A program made the translations under genes and the position numbers. A stretch of 64,000 nucleotides of DNA from Eledone cirrhosa (taxonomy: Eukaryota), in NCBI GenBank assembly GCA_964016885.1, contig OZ024743.1, forward strand, positions 142,414,001-142,478,000, written 5' to 3'. Shown one piece after another: positions 15,001 through 30,757 of the stretch. Positions within the stretch are counted from its first letter, which is position 1. Each line of letters opens with the position of its first letter. A model generated the notes under the pieces. It was not told where the DNA came from, did no database searches, and worked only from the letters and a program-made list of their open reading frames with translations.

Positions 15001-18000
15001 GCACCAAGCACCAAACACCAAGCACCAAGCACCAAGCACCATGCACCAAACACCAAGCACCAAGCACCAAACAGCAAACACCAAACAGCAAACACCAAAC
15101 AGCAAACACCAAACAGCAAACACCAAACACCAAACACCAAACAGCAAACGCCAAAAAGCAAACGCCAAACTCCAAACGCCAAACAGCAAATGCCAAACCC
15201 CAAACGCCAAACAGCAAACGCCAAGCACCAAACACCAAACACCAAGCGCCAAGCACCAAACACCAAACACCAAGCACCAAGCACCAAACACCAAACACCA
15301 AGCACCAAGTACCAAACACCAAACACCAAGCACCAAACACCAAACAGCAAACGCAAAAAAGCAAACGCCAAACCCCATACGCCAAACAGCAAATGCCAAA
15401 CCCCAAACGCCAAACAGCAAACGCCAAGCACCAAACACCAAACACCAAGCACCAAGCGCCAAACACCAAGCACCAAGCACCAAGCACCAAACACCAAACA
15501 CCAAGCACCAATCACCAAACACCAAACACCAAGCGCCAAACACCAAACACCAAACACCTAGCACCAATCACCAATCACCAAACACCAAGCACCAAACACC
15601 AAGCACCAAGCACCAAGCACCAAGCACCAAGCACCAAACACCAATCACCAAGCCCCAAGCACCAAACACCAAGCACCCAGCACCAAACACCAAACACCAA
15701 GCACCAAGCACCCAGAACAAAGCACCAAGCACCAAACACCAAGCACCAAGCACCAAGCACCAAGCACCAAACACCAATCACCAAGCCCCAAGCACCAAAC
15801 ACCAAGCACCAAGCACCAAACACCAAACACCAAGCACCAAGCACCCAGAACCAAGCACCAAGCACCAAACACCAAACACCAAGCACCAAGCACCAAACAC
15901 CAAACACCAAGCACCAAGCACCAAGCACCAAGCACCAAACACCATACACCAAGCACCAAGGACCAAACACCAAAAACCAATCACCAAGCACCAAAGAGCA
16001 AACACCAAGCCCCAAGCACCAAACACCAAACACCAAACACCAAATAGCAAACACTAAACACCAAACACCAAACAGCAAACACAAAACACCAAATAGCAAA
16101 CACCAAACAGCAAACACCAAACACCAAACAGCAAACACCAAACACCAACCAGGAAACACCAACCAGGAAACACCAAACACCAAGCACCAAGCCCCAAGCA
16201 CCAAACACCAAGCACCAAGCACCAAACACCAAGCACCATGCACCAAGCACCATGCACCAAACACCAAGCACCAAGCACCAAACAGCAAACACCAAACAGC
16301 AAACACCAAACACCAAACACCAAACAACAAACACCAAACAGCAAACACCAAACAGCAAACACCAAACAGCAAACACCAAACACCAAACACCAAACAGCAA
16401 ACGCCAACCAGCAAATGCCAAACCCCAAACGCCAAACAGCAAACGCCAAGCGCCAAACACCAAACACCATGCGCCAAGCACCAAACACCAAACACCAAGC
16501 ACCAAGCACCAAACACCAAGCACCAAGCACCAAACACCAAACAACAAGCACCAAGTACCAAACACCAAACACCAAACACCAAACACCAAACAGCAAACGC
16601 CAAAAAGCAAACGCCAAACTCCAAACGCCAACCAGGAAACACCAACCAGGAAACACCAAACACCAAGCGCCAAGCACCTAACACCGAACACCAAGCACCA
16701 AGTAACACACATCAAACACCGAGCACCAAACACCAAGCACAAAGCACCAAACACCAAGCACCAAGCACGAAACACCAAGCACAAAGCACCGAGCACCAAA
16801 CACCAAGTACCAAGCACCAATCACCAAACACCAAGCACCAAGCACCAAACACCAAACAGCAAGCACCAAGCACCAAACACCAAACACCAAGCATCAAGCA
16901 CCACACACCAACTACCAAGCACCAAGCACTAAACACCAAACACCAAGCACCAAGCACCAAGCATCAAGCACCAAGCACCAAACACCAAGCGACAAGCACC
17001 AAGCACCAAACATAAAACAACAAGTACCAAGCACCAAACACCAAACACCAAACACCAAACACCAAGCACAAAGCACCAGACACCAAACACCAAGCACCAA
17101 GCACCAGACACCAAGCACCAAGCACCAAGCACCAAGCACCAGAAACCAAGCACCAAGCACCAAGGACCAAACACCAAGCACCAAACACCAAACACCAAGC
17201 ACCAAGCACCAAACACCAAACACCAAGCACCAAACACCAAACACCAAGCACCAATCACCAAACACCAAGCACCAAGCGCCAAACACCAAACACCAAATAC
17301 CTAGCACCAAGCACCAAGCACCGAACACAAAGCACCAAACACCAAGCACCAAGCACCAAGCACCAAGCACCAAACACCAATCACCAAGCCCGAAGCACCA
17401 AACACGAAGCACCAAGCACCAAACACCAAACACCAAGCACCATGCACCCAGAACCAAGCACCAAGCACCAAACACCAAACACCAAGCACCAAGCACCAAT
17501 CACCAAACACCAAGCACCAAGCACCAAGCACCAAACACCATACACCAAGCACCAAGCACCAAACACCAAAAACGAATCACCAAGCACCAAAGAGCAAACA
17601 CCAAGCCCCAAGCACCAAACACCAAACACCAAACACCAAACAGCAAACACTAAACACCAAACACCAAACAGCAAACACGAAACACCAAATAGCAAACACC
17701 AAACACCAACCAGGAAACACCAAACAGCAAACACCAAACAGCAAACGCCAAACAGCAAACATAAACACCAAACACCAAACACCAAGCACCAAGCACCAAG
17801 CACAAAACACCAAGCAACAAGCGCCAAGCACCAAACGCCAAACACCAAACACCAAACAGCAAACACCAATCACCAAACACCAGACACCAAACACCAAACA
17901 GCAAACACCAAACGCCAAACAGCAAACACCAAACACCAAACACCAAACAGCAAACACGAAACAGCAAACACCAAACAGCAAACACCAAACAGCAAACACC

Positions 18001-21000
18001 AAACAGCAAACACCAAACACCTAACACCAAACACCAAGCACCAAGCACTAAACACCAAACACCTAGCACCAAGCACCAAGCACCAAACACCAAGCACCAA
18101 GCACCAAGCACCAAGCACCAAACACCAAGCACCAAAGACCAAGCCCCAAATACCAAGCACCAAGCACCAAACACCAGTCACCAGGCACCAAGCAACAAAC
18201 ACCAACAACCAAGCACCAAGCACTAAACACCAAACACCAAGCACCAAGCACCAAACACCAAACACCAAGCACCAAGTACCAAACTCCAAACACCAAACAC
18301 CAAGCACCAAGCACCAAATCCCAAGCACCAAACACCAAGCACCAATCACCAGACACCAAACACCAAGCACCAAGCACCAAACACCCAAAACCAAGCACCA
18401 AGCACCAAGCACCAAACACCAAACACTGAACACCAAGTACCAAGCACCAAACACCAAGCACCAAGCGCCAAAGACCAAACACCAAGCACCAAGCACGAAA
18501 CACCAAGCACCAAGCACCAAGCACCAAACACCAAGTACCAGGCACCAATCAACAAACACCAAGCACCAAGCACCAAATACCAGACAGCAAGCACCAAGCA
18601 CCAAACACCAAACACCAAGCACCAAGCACCAAACACCAAGCACCAAGCGCCAAACACCAAACACCAAGCACCAAGCACCAAACACCAAGCACCAACCACC
18701 AAGCACCAAACACCAAGCACCAAGCACCAAACACCAAGCACCAATCACCAAACAGCAAACACAAAGCACCAAACAACAAACACAAAGCACCAAGCACCAA
18801 ACACCAAGCACCAAGCACCAAACACCAAGCACCAAGCACCAAACCCCAAAAACCAATCACCAAGCACCAAAGAGCAAACACCAAGCCTCAAGCACCAAAC
18901 ACCAAACACCAAACACCAAATAGCAAACACTAAACACCAAACACCAAACAGCAAACACAAAACACCAAATAGCAAATACCAAACAGCAAACACCAAACAC
19001 CAAACAGCAAACACCAAACACCAACCAGGAAACACCAAACACCAAGCACCAAACAGCAAGCACCAAGCCCCAAGCACCAAACACCAAGCACCAAGCACCA
19101 AACACCAAGCACCAAGCACCAAACAGCAAACACCAAACAGCAAACACCAAACACCAAACACCAACCAGCAAACACCAAGCACCAAACACCAAACACCAAG
19201 CACCAAGCACCAAACACCAAACACCAAGCACCAAGCACCACACACCAAATACCAAGCACCAAGCACTAAACACCAAACACCAAGCACCAAGCACCAAGCA
19301 TCAAGCACCAAGCACCAAACACCAACCACCAAGCACCAAGCACCAAACACAAAACAACAAGTACCAAGCACCAGACACCAAGCACCAAGCACCAAGCACC
19401 AAGCACCAAAAACCAAGCACCAAGCTCCAAGCACCAAACACCAAGCACCAAACACCAAACACCAAGCACCAAGCGCCAAACACCAAACTCCAAGCTCCAA
19501 GCACCAAACACCAAGCACCAACCACCAAGCACCAAACACCAAGCACCAGGCACCAAGCACCAAGCACCAAGCACCAAACACCAAGCACCAAGCACCAAAC
19601 AGCAAACACCAAGCACCAAACACCAAACACCAAGCACCAAGCAACAAACACCAAACACCAAGCACCAAACACCAAGCACCCAGCCCCAAGCACCAAACAC
19701 CAAGCACCAAGCACCAAACACCAAGCACCAAGCACCAAGCACCATGCACCAAACACCAAGCACCAAGCACCAAACAGCAAACACCAAACAGCAAACACCA
19801 AACAGCAAACACCAAACAGCAAACACCAAACACCAAACACCAAACAGCAAACGCCAAAAAGCAAACGCCAAACTCCAAACGCCAAACAGCAAATGCCAAA
19901 CCCCAAACGCCAAACAGCAAACGCCAAGCACCAAACACCAAACACCAAGCGCCAAGCACCAAACACCAAACACCAAGCACCAAGCACCAAACACCAAACA
20001 CCAAGCACCAAGTACCAAACACCAAACACCAAGCACCAAACACCAAACAGCAAACGCAAAAAAGCAAACGCCAAACCCCATACGCCAAACAGCAAATGCC
20101 AAACCCCAAACGCCAAACAGCAAACGCCAAGCACCAAACACCAAACACCAAGCACCAAGCGCCAAACACCAAGCACCAAGCACCAAGCACCAATCACCAA
20201 ACACCAAGCACCAATCACCAAACACCAAACACCAAGCGCCAAACACCAAACACCAAACACCTAGCACCAATCACCAATCACCAAACACCAAGCACCAAAC
20301 ACCAAGCACCAAGCACCAAGCACCAAGCACCAAGCACCAAACACCAATCACCAAGCCCCAAGCACCAAACACCAAGCACCAAGCACCAAACACCAAGCAC
20401 CAAGCACCAAGCACCCAGAACAAAGCACCAAGCACCAAACACCAAGCACCAAGCACCAAGCACCAAGCACCAAACACCAATCACCAAGCCCCAAGCACCA
20501 AACACCAAGCACCAAGCACCAAACACCAAACACCAAGCACCAAGCACCCAGAACCAAGCACCAAGCACCAAACACCGAACACCAAGCACCAAGCACCAAA
20601 CACCAAACACCAAGCACCAAGCACCAAGCACCAAGCACCAAACACCATACACCAAGCACCAAGGACCAAACACCAAAAACCAATCACCAAGCACCAAAGA
20701 GCAAACACCAAGCCCCAAGCACCAAACACCAAACACCAAACACCAAATAGCAAACACTAAACACCAAACACCAAACAGCAAACACAAAACACCAAATAGC
20801 AAACACCAAACAGCAAACACCAAACACCAAACAGCAAACACCAAACACCAACCAGGAAACACCAACCAGGAAACACCAAACACCAAGCACCAAGCCCCAA
20901 GCACCAAACACCAAGCACCAAGCACCAAACACCAAGCACCATGCACCAAGCACCATGCACCAAACACCAAGCACCAAGCACCAAACAGCAAACACCAAAC

Positions 21001-24000
21001 AGCAAACACCAAACACCAAACACCAAACACCAAACACCAAACAGCAAACACCAAACAGCAAACACCAAACAGCAAACACCAAACACCAAACACCAAACAG
21101 CAAACGCCAAACAGCAAATGCCAAACCCCAAACGCCAAACAGCAAACGCCAAGCGCCAAACACCAAACACCAAGCGCCAAGCACCAAACACCAAACACCA
21201 AGCACCAAGCACCAAACACCAAACACCAAGCACCAAGTACCAAACACCAAACACCAAACACCAAACACCAAACAGCAAACGCCAAAAAGCAAACGCCAAA
21301 CTCCAAACGCCAAACAGCAAATGCCAAGGACCAAACACCAAACACCAAGCGCCAAGCACCAAACACCGAACACCAAGCACCAAGTACCACACATCAAACA
21401 CCGAGCACCAAACACCAAACACCAGGCCCAAACACCAAGCACCAATCACCAAGCACCAAGCACCAAGCAACAAACACAAAGCACCAATCACCAAGCACCG
21501 AGCACCAAGCACCAAGCACCAAGCACCAAACACCGAGCACCAAACACTAAACACCAAGCACCAAGCACCAATCACCAAACACCAAGCACCAAGCACCAAA
21601 CACCAAACAGCAAGCACCAAGCACCAAACACCAAACACCAAGTACCAAGCACCAAGCACCAAACACCAAGCACCAAGCACCAAACAGCAAACACCAAGCA
21701 CCAAACACCAAACACCAAGCACCAAGCACCATACACCAAACACCAAGCACCAAGCACCCAGAACAAAGCACCAAGCACCAAACACCAAACACCAAACACC
21801 AAACACCAAGCACCAAGCAACAAACACCAAACACCAAGCACCAAACACCAATCACCAAGCACCAAACACCAAGCACCAAGCACCAAACACCAAGCACCAA
21901 GCACCAAGCACCTTGCACCAAACACCAAGCACCAAGCACCAAACAGCAAACACCAAACAGCAAACACCAAACAGCAAACACCAAACAGCAAACACCAAAC
22001 ACCAAACACCAAACAGCAAACGCCAAAAAGCAAACGCCAAACTCCAAACGCCAAACAGCAAATGCCAAACCCCAAACGCCAAACAGCAAACGCCAAGCAC
22101 CAAACACCAAACACCAAGCGCCAAGCACCAAACACCAAACACCAAGCACCAAGCACCAAACACCAAACACCAAGCACCAAGTACCAAACACCAAACACCA
22201 AGCACCAAACACCAAACAGCAAACGCAAAAAAGCAAATGCCAAACCCCAAACGCCAAACAGCAAACGCCAAGCACCAAACACCAAACACCAAGCGCCAAG
22301 CGCCAAACACCAGGCACCAAGCACCAAGCACCAAACGCCAAACACCAAGCACCAATCACCAAACACCAAACACCAAGCGCCAAACACCAAACACCAAACA
22401 CCTAGCACCAATCACCAATCACCAAACACCAAGCACCAAACACCAAGCACCAAGCACCAAGCACCAAGCACCAAACACCAATCACCAAGCCCCAAGCACC
22501 AAACACCAAGCACCCAGCACCAAACACCAAACACCAAGCACCAAGCACCCAGAACAAAGCACCAAGCACCACCAAACACCAAGCACCAAGCACCAAGCAC
22601 CAAGCACCAAACACCAATCACCAAGCCCCAAACACCAAACACCAAGCACCAAGCACCCAGAACCAAGCACCAAGCACCAAACACCAAACACCAAGCACCA
22701 AGCACCAAACACCAAACACCAAGCACCAAGCACCAAGCACCAAGCACCAAACACCATACACCAAGCCCCAAGCACCAAACACCAAACACCAAACACCAAA
22801 TAGCAAACACTAAACACCAAACACCAAACAGCAAACACAAAACACCAAATAGCAAACACCAAACAGCAAACACCAAACACCAAACAGCAAACACCAAACA
22901 CCAACCAGGAAACACCAACCAGGAAACACCAAACACCAAGCACCAAGCCCCAAGCACCAAACACCAAGCACCAAGCACCAAACACCAACCACCATGCACC
23001 AAGCACCATGCACCAAACACCAAGCACCAAGCACCAAACAGCAAACACCAAACAGCAAACACCAAACACCAAACACCAAACACCAAACACCAAACAGCAA
23101 ACACCAAACAGCAAACACCAAACAGCAAACACCAAACACCAAACACCAAACAGCAAACGCCAAACAGCAAATGCCAAACCCCAAACGCCAAACAGCAAAC
23201 GCCAAGCGCCAAACACCAAACACCAAGCGCCAAGCACCAAACACCAAACACCAAGCACCAAGCACCAAACACCAAACACCAAGCACCAAGTACCAAACAC
23301 CAAACACCAAACACCAAACACCAAACAGCAAACGCCAAAAAGCAAACGCCAAACTCCAAACGCCAAACAGCAAATGCCAAGGACCAAACACCAAACACCA
23401 AGCGCCAAGCAACAAACACCGAACACCAAGCACCAAGTACCACACATCAAACACCGAGCACCAAACACCAAACACCAGGCCCAAACACCAAGCACCAATC
23501 ACCAAGCACCAAGCACCAAGCAACAAACACAAAGCACCAATCACCAAGCACCGAGCACCAAGCACCAAGCACCAAGCACCAAACACCAAGCACCAAACAC
23601 TAAACACCAAGCACCAAGCACCAATCACCAAACACCAAGCACCAAGCACATACACCAAACAGCAAGCACCAAGCACCAAACACCAAACACCAAGTACCAA
23701 GCCCAAAGCACCAAGCACCAAGCACCTAGCAGCAAGCACCAAACACCAAACACCAAGCACCAAGCACCAAGCACCAAGCACCAAGCACCAAGCACCAAAC
23801 ACCAATCACCAAGCCCCAAGCACCAAACACCAAGCACCAAGCACCAAACACCAAAAACCAAGCACCAAGCACCCAGAACCAAGCACCAAGCACCAAACAC
23901 CAAACACCAACCACCAAGCACCAAACACCAAACACCAAGCACCAAGCACCAAGCACCAAGCACCAAACACCAAACACCAAACACCAAACACCAAACACCA

Positions 24001-27000
24001 ATCACCAAACACCAAGCACCAAGCACCAAACACCAAACACCAAACACCTAGCACCAAGCACCAAGCACCAAACACCAAGCACCAAACACCAAGCACCAAG
24101 CACCAAGCACCAAGCACCAAGCACCAAGCACCAAACACCAATCACCAAGCCCCAAGCACCAAACACCAAGCACCCAGCACCATACACCAAACACCAAGCA
24201 CCAAGCACCCAGAACAAAGCACCAAGCACCAAACACCAAACACCAAACACCAAACACCAAGCACCAAGCACCAGACACCAAGCACCAAGCACCAAGCACC
24301 AAGCACCAAAAACCAAGCACCAAGCTCCAAGCACCAAACACCAAGCACCAAACACCAAACACCAAGCACCAAGCACCAAACACCAAGCACCAAGCGCCAA
24401 ACACCAAACTCCAAGCACTAAGCACCAAACACCAAGCACCAACCACCAAGCACCAAACACCAAGCACCAGGCACCAAGCACCAAGCACCAAGCACCAAAC
24501 ACCAAGCACCAAGCACCAAACAGCAAACACCAAGCACCAAACACCAAACACCAAGCACCAAGCAACAAACACCAAACACCAAGCACCAAACACCAATCAC
24601 CAAGCCCCAAGCACCAAACACCAAGCACCAAGCACCAAACACCAAGCACCAAGCACCAAGCACCATGCACCAAACACCAAGCACCAAGCACCAAACAGCA
24701 AACACCAAACAGCAAACACCAAACAGCAAACACCAAACAGCAAACACCAAACACCAAACACCAAACAGCAAACGCCAAAAAGCAAACGCCAAACTCCAAA
24801 CGCCAAACAGCAAATGCCAAACCCCAAACGCCAAACAGCAAACGCCAAGCACCAAACACCAAACACCAAGCGCCAAGCACCAAACACCAAACACCAAGCA
24901 CCAAGCACCAAACACCAAACACCAAGCACCAAGTACCAAACACCAAACACCAAGCACCAAACACCAAACAGCAAACGCAAAAAAGCAAATGCCAAACCCC
25001 ATACGCCAAACAGCAAATGCCAAACCCCAAACGCCAACAGCAAACGCCAAGCACCAAACACCAAACACCAAGCGCCAGGCGCCAAACACCAAGCACCAAG
25101 CACCAAGCACCAAAAGCCAAACACCAAGCACCAATCACCAAACACCAAACACCAAGCACCAATCACCAAACACCAAACACCTAGCACCAATCACCAATCA
25201 CCAAACACCAAGCACCAAACACCAAGCACCAAGCACCAAGCACCAAGCACCAAGCACCAAACACCAAGCACCAAGCACCCAGAACAAAGCACCAAGCACC
25301 AAACACCAAGCACCAAGCACCAAGCACCAAGCACCAAACACCAATCACCAAGCCCCAAACACCAAACACCAAGCACCAAGCACCCAGAACCAAGCACCAA
25401 GCACCAAACACCAAACACCAAGCACCAAGCACCAAACACCAAACACCAAGCACCAAGCACCAAGCACCAAGCACCAAGCACCAAACACCATACACCAAGC
25501 ACCAAGGACCAAACACCAAAAACCAATCACCAAGCACCAAAGAGCAAACACCAAGCCCCAAGCACCTAAACAAACACCAAACACCAAACAGCAAACACAA
25601 AACACCAAATAGCAAACACCAAACAGCAAACACCAAACACCAAACAGCAAACACCAAACACCAACCAGGAAACACCAACCAGGAAACACCAAACACCAAG
25701 CCCCAAGCACCAAACACCAAACACCAAGCACCAAACACCAAGCACCATGCACCAAGCACCATGCACCAAACACCAAGCACCAAGCACCAGACAGCAAACA
25801 CCAAACAGCAAACACCAAACACCAAACACCAACCAGCAAACACCAAACACCAAACACCAAACAGCAAACACCAAACAGCAAACACCAAACAGCAAACACC
25901 AAACACCAAACACCAAACAGCAAACGCCAAACAGCAAATGCCAAACCCCAAACGCCAAACAGCAAACGCCAAGCGCCAAACACCAAACACCAAGCGCCAA
26001 GCACCAAACACCAAACACCAAGCACCAAGCACCAAACACCAAACACCAAGCACCAAGTACCAAACACCAAACACCAAACACCAAACACCAAACAGCAAAC
26101 GCCAAAAAGCAAACGCCAAACTCCAAACGCCAAACAGCAAATGCCAAGGACCAAACACCAAACACCAAGCGCCAAGCAACAAACACCGAACACCAAGCAC
26201 CAAGTACCACACATCAAACACCGAGCACCAAACACCAAACACCAGGCCCAAACACCAAGCACCAATCACCAAGCACCAAGCACCAAGCAACAAACACAAA
26301 GCACCAATCACCAAGCACCGAGCACCAAGCACCAAGCACCAAGCACCAAACACCAAGCACCAAACACTAAACACCAAGCACCAAGCACCAATCACCAAAC
26401 ACCAAGCACCAAGCACCAAACACCAAACAGCAAGCACCAAGCACCAAGCACCAAGCACCAAGCACCAAGCACCAAGCACCAAACACCAATCACCAAGCCC
26501 CAAGCACCAAACACCAAGCACCAAGCACCAAACACCAAACACCAAGCACCAAGCACCCAGAACCAAGCACCAAGCACCAAACACCAAACACCAACCACCA
26601 AGCACCAAACACCAAACACCAAGCACCAAGCACCAAGCACCAAGCACCAAACACCAAACACCAAACACCAAACACCAAGGACCAATCACCAAACACCAAG
26701 CACCAAGCACCAAACACCAAACACCAAACACCTAGCACCAAGCACCAAGCACCAAACACCAAGCACCAAACTCCAAGCACCAAGCACCAAGCACCAAGCA
26801 CCAAGCACCAAGCACCAAACACCAATCACCAAGCCCCAAGCACCAAACACCAAGCACCCAGCACCATACACCAAACACCAAGCACCAAGCACCCAGAACA
26901 AAGCACCAAGCACCAAACACCAAACACCAAACACCAAACACCAAGCACCAAGCACCAGACACCAAGCACCAAGCACCAAGCACCAAGCACCAAAAACCAA

Positions 27001-30000
27001 GCACCAAGCTCCAAGCACCAAACACCAAGCACCAAACACAAAACCCCAAGCACCAAGCACCAAACACCAAGCACCAAGCGCCGAACACCAAACTCCAAGC
27101 ACCAAGCACCAAAAACCAAGCACCAAGCTCCAAGCACCAAACACCAAGCACCAAACACAAAACACCAAGCACCAAGCACCAAACACCAAGCACCAAGCGC
27201 CGAACACCAAACTCCAAGCACCAAACACCAAGCACCAGGCACCAAGCACCAAGCACCAAGCACCAAACACCAAGCACCAAGCACCAAACAGCAAACACCA
27301 AGCACCAAACACCAAACACCAAGCACCAAGCAACAAACACCAAACACCAAGCACCAAACACCAATCACCAAGCCCCAAGCACCAAACACCAAGCACCAAG
27401 CACCAAAGACCAAGCACCAAGCACCAAGCACCATGCACCAAACACCAAGCACCAAGCACCAAACAGCAAACACCAAACAGCAAACACCAAACAGCAAACA
27501 CCAAACAGCAAACACCAAACACCAAACACCAAACAGCAAACGCCAAAAAGCAAACGCCAAACTCCAAACGCCAAACAGCAAATGCCAAACCCCAAACGCC
27601 AAACAGCAAACGCCAAGCACCAAACACCAAACACCAAGCACCAAGCACCAAACACCAAACACCAAGCACCAAGTACCAAACACCAAACACCAAGCACCAA
27701 ACACCAAACAGCAAACGCAAAAAAGCAAATGCCAAACCCCATACGCCAAACAGCAAATGCCAAACCCCAAACGCCAAACAGCAAACGCCAAGCACCAAAC
27801 ACCAAACAGCAAGCGCCAAGCGCCAAACACCAAGCACCAAGCACCAAGCACCAAACGCCAAACACCAAGCACCAATCACCAAACACCAAACACCAAGCGC
27901 CAAACACCAAACACCAAACACCTAGCACCAATCACCAATCACCAAACACCAAGCACCAAACACCAAGCACCAAGCACCAAGCACCAAGCACCAAGCACCA
28001 AACACCAATCACCAAGCCCCAAGCACCAAACACCAAGCACCCAGCACCAAACACCAAACACCAAGCACCAAGCACCCAGAACAAAGCACCAAGCACCAAA
28101 CACCAAGCACCAAGCACCAAGCACCAAGCACCAAACACCAATAACCAAGCCCCAAACACCAAACACCAAGCACCAAGCACCCAGAACCAAGCACCAAGCA
28201 CCAAACACCAAACACCAAGCACCAAGCACCAAATACCAAACACCAAGCACCAAGCACCAAGCACCAAGCACCAAACACCATACACCAACCACCAAGGACC
28301 AAACACCAAAAACCAATCACCAAGCACCAAAGAGCAAACACCAAGCCCCAAGCACCAAACACCAAACACCAAACACCAAATAGCAAACACTAAACACCAA
28401 ACACCAAACAGCAAACACAAAACACCAAATAGCAAACACCAAACAGCAAACACCAAACACCAAACAGCAAACACCAAACACCAACCAGGAAACACCAACC
28501 AGGAAACACCAAACACCAAGCACCAAGCCCCAAGCACCAAACACCAAGCACCAAGCACCAAACACCAAGCACCATGCACCAAGCACCATGCACCAAACAC
28601 CAAGCACCAAGCACCAGACAGCAAACACCAAACAGCAAACACCAAACACCAAACACCAACCAGCAAACACCAAACACCAAACACCAAACAGCAAACACCA
28701 AACAGCAAACACCAAACAGCAAACACCAAACACCAAACACCAAACAGCAAACGCCAAACAGCAAATGCCAAACCCCAAACGCCAAACAGCAAACGCCAAG
28801 CGCCAAACACCAAACACCAAGCGCCAAGCACCAAACACCAAACACCAAGCACCAAGCACCAAACACCAAACACCAAGCACCAAGTACCAAACACCAAACA
28901 CCAAACACCAAACACCAAACAGCAAACGCCAAAAAGCAAACGCCAAACTCCAAACGCCAAACAGCAGACGCCAAGGACCAAACACCAAACACCAAGCGCC
29001 AAGCACCAAACACCAAACACCAAGCACCAAGTACCACACATCAAACACCGAGCACCAAACACCAAACACCAGGCCCAAACACCAAGCACCAATCACCAAG
29101 CACCAAGCACCAAGCAACAAACACAAAGCACCAATCACCAAGCACCGAGCACCAAGCACCAAGCACCAAGCACCAAACACCAAGCACCAAACACTAAACA
29201 CCAAGCACCAAGCACCAAGCACCAAACACCAAACAGCAAGCACCAAGCACCAAACACCAAGCACCAAACACTAAACACCAAGCACCAAGCACCAATCACC
29301 AAACACCAAGCACCAAGCACCAAACACCAAACAGCAAGCACCAAGCACCAAACACCAAACACCAAGTACCAAGCCCCAAGCACCAAACACCAAGCACCAA
29401 GCACCAAACACCAAACACCAAGCACCAAGCACCCAGAACCAAGCACCAAGCACCAAACACCAAACACCAACCACCAAGCACCAAACACCAAACACCAAGC
29501 ACCAAGCACCAAGCACCAAGCACCAAACACCAAACACCAAACACCAAACACCAAGGACCAATCACCAAACACCAAGCACCAAGCACCAAACACCAAACAC
29601 CAAACACCTAACACCAAGCACCAAGCACCAAACACCAAGCACCAAACACCAAGCACCAAGCACCAAGCACCAAGCACCAAGCACCAAACACCAATCACCA
29701 AGCCCCAAGCACCAAACACCAAGCACCCAGCACCATACACCAAACACCAAGCACCAAGCACCCAGAACAAAGCACCAAGCACCAAACACCAAACACCAAG
29801 CTCCAAGCACCAAACACCAAACACGAAGCACCATGCACCAAGCACCAAGCACCAAACACCAAACACCAAGCACCAAGCACCAAACACCAAACACCAAGCA
29901 CCAATCACCATACACCAAGCACCAAGCGCCAAACACCAAACACCAAACACCAAACACCAAGCACAAAGCACCAAACACCAAACACCAAGCACCAAGCACC

Positions 30001-30757
30001 AGACACCAAGCACCAAGCACCAAGCACCAAGCACCAAAAACCAAGCACCAAGCTCCAAGGACCAAACACCAAGCACCAAACACCAAACACAAAGCACCAA
30101 GCACCAAACACCAAACACCAAGCACCAAGCACCAAACACCAAACACCAAGCACCAATCACCAAACACCAAGCACCAAGCGCCAAACACCAAACACCAAAC
30201 ACCTAGCACCAAGCACCAAGCACCGAACACCAAGCACCAAACACCAAGCACCATGCACCCAGAACCAAGCACCAAGCACCAAACACCAAACACCAAGCAC
30301 CAAGCACCAAACACCAAACACCAAGCACCAAGCACCAAGCACCAAGCACCAAACACCATACACCAAGCACCAACCACCAAACACCAAAATCCAATCACCA
30401 AGCACCAAAGAGCAAACACCAAGCCCCAAGCACCAAACACCAAACACCAAACACCAAACAACAAACACTAAACACCAAACACCAAACAGCAAACACCAAA
30501 CACCAAATAGCAAACACCAAACACCAACCAGGAAACACCAAACAGCAAACACCAAACAGCAAACGCCAAACAGCAAACACAAACACCAAACACCAAACAG
30601 CAAGCACCAAGCACCAAGCACAAAACACCAAGCACCAAGCGCCAAGCACCAAACACCAAACACCAAACTCCAAACAGCAAACACCAATCACCAAACACCA
30701 GACACCAAACACCAAACAGCAAACACCAAACACCAAACACCAAACACCAAACACCAA
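1..30757 (+). repeat. Heptamer tandem satellite (CCAAGCA/CCAAACA)n, minus strand (TTGGTGC/TTGGTGT)n, about 4,400 units, runs off the left edge of the window
   Basis: Continuous 7-bp periodicity with two dominant variants (aagcacc, aaacacc) and minor variants (aaacagc, aaacgcc, aatcacc, aagtacc, aagcccc, aaatgcc). I saw no inversion. The + strand is A/C-rich and nearly T-free. Confidence 0.99.

Noticed and set aside
1-30757. Canonical telomerase-synthesised telomere or strong G-quadruplex array
   Set aside because: It matches no canonical motif I know (TTAGGG, TTAGG, TTTAGGG). It has mostly GG runs only, and complex variant patterns are copied over kilobases, which template-directed telomerase addition would not produce. 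Only the non-canonical hypothesis is retained.
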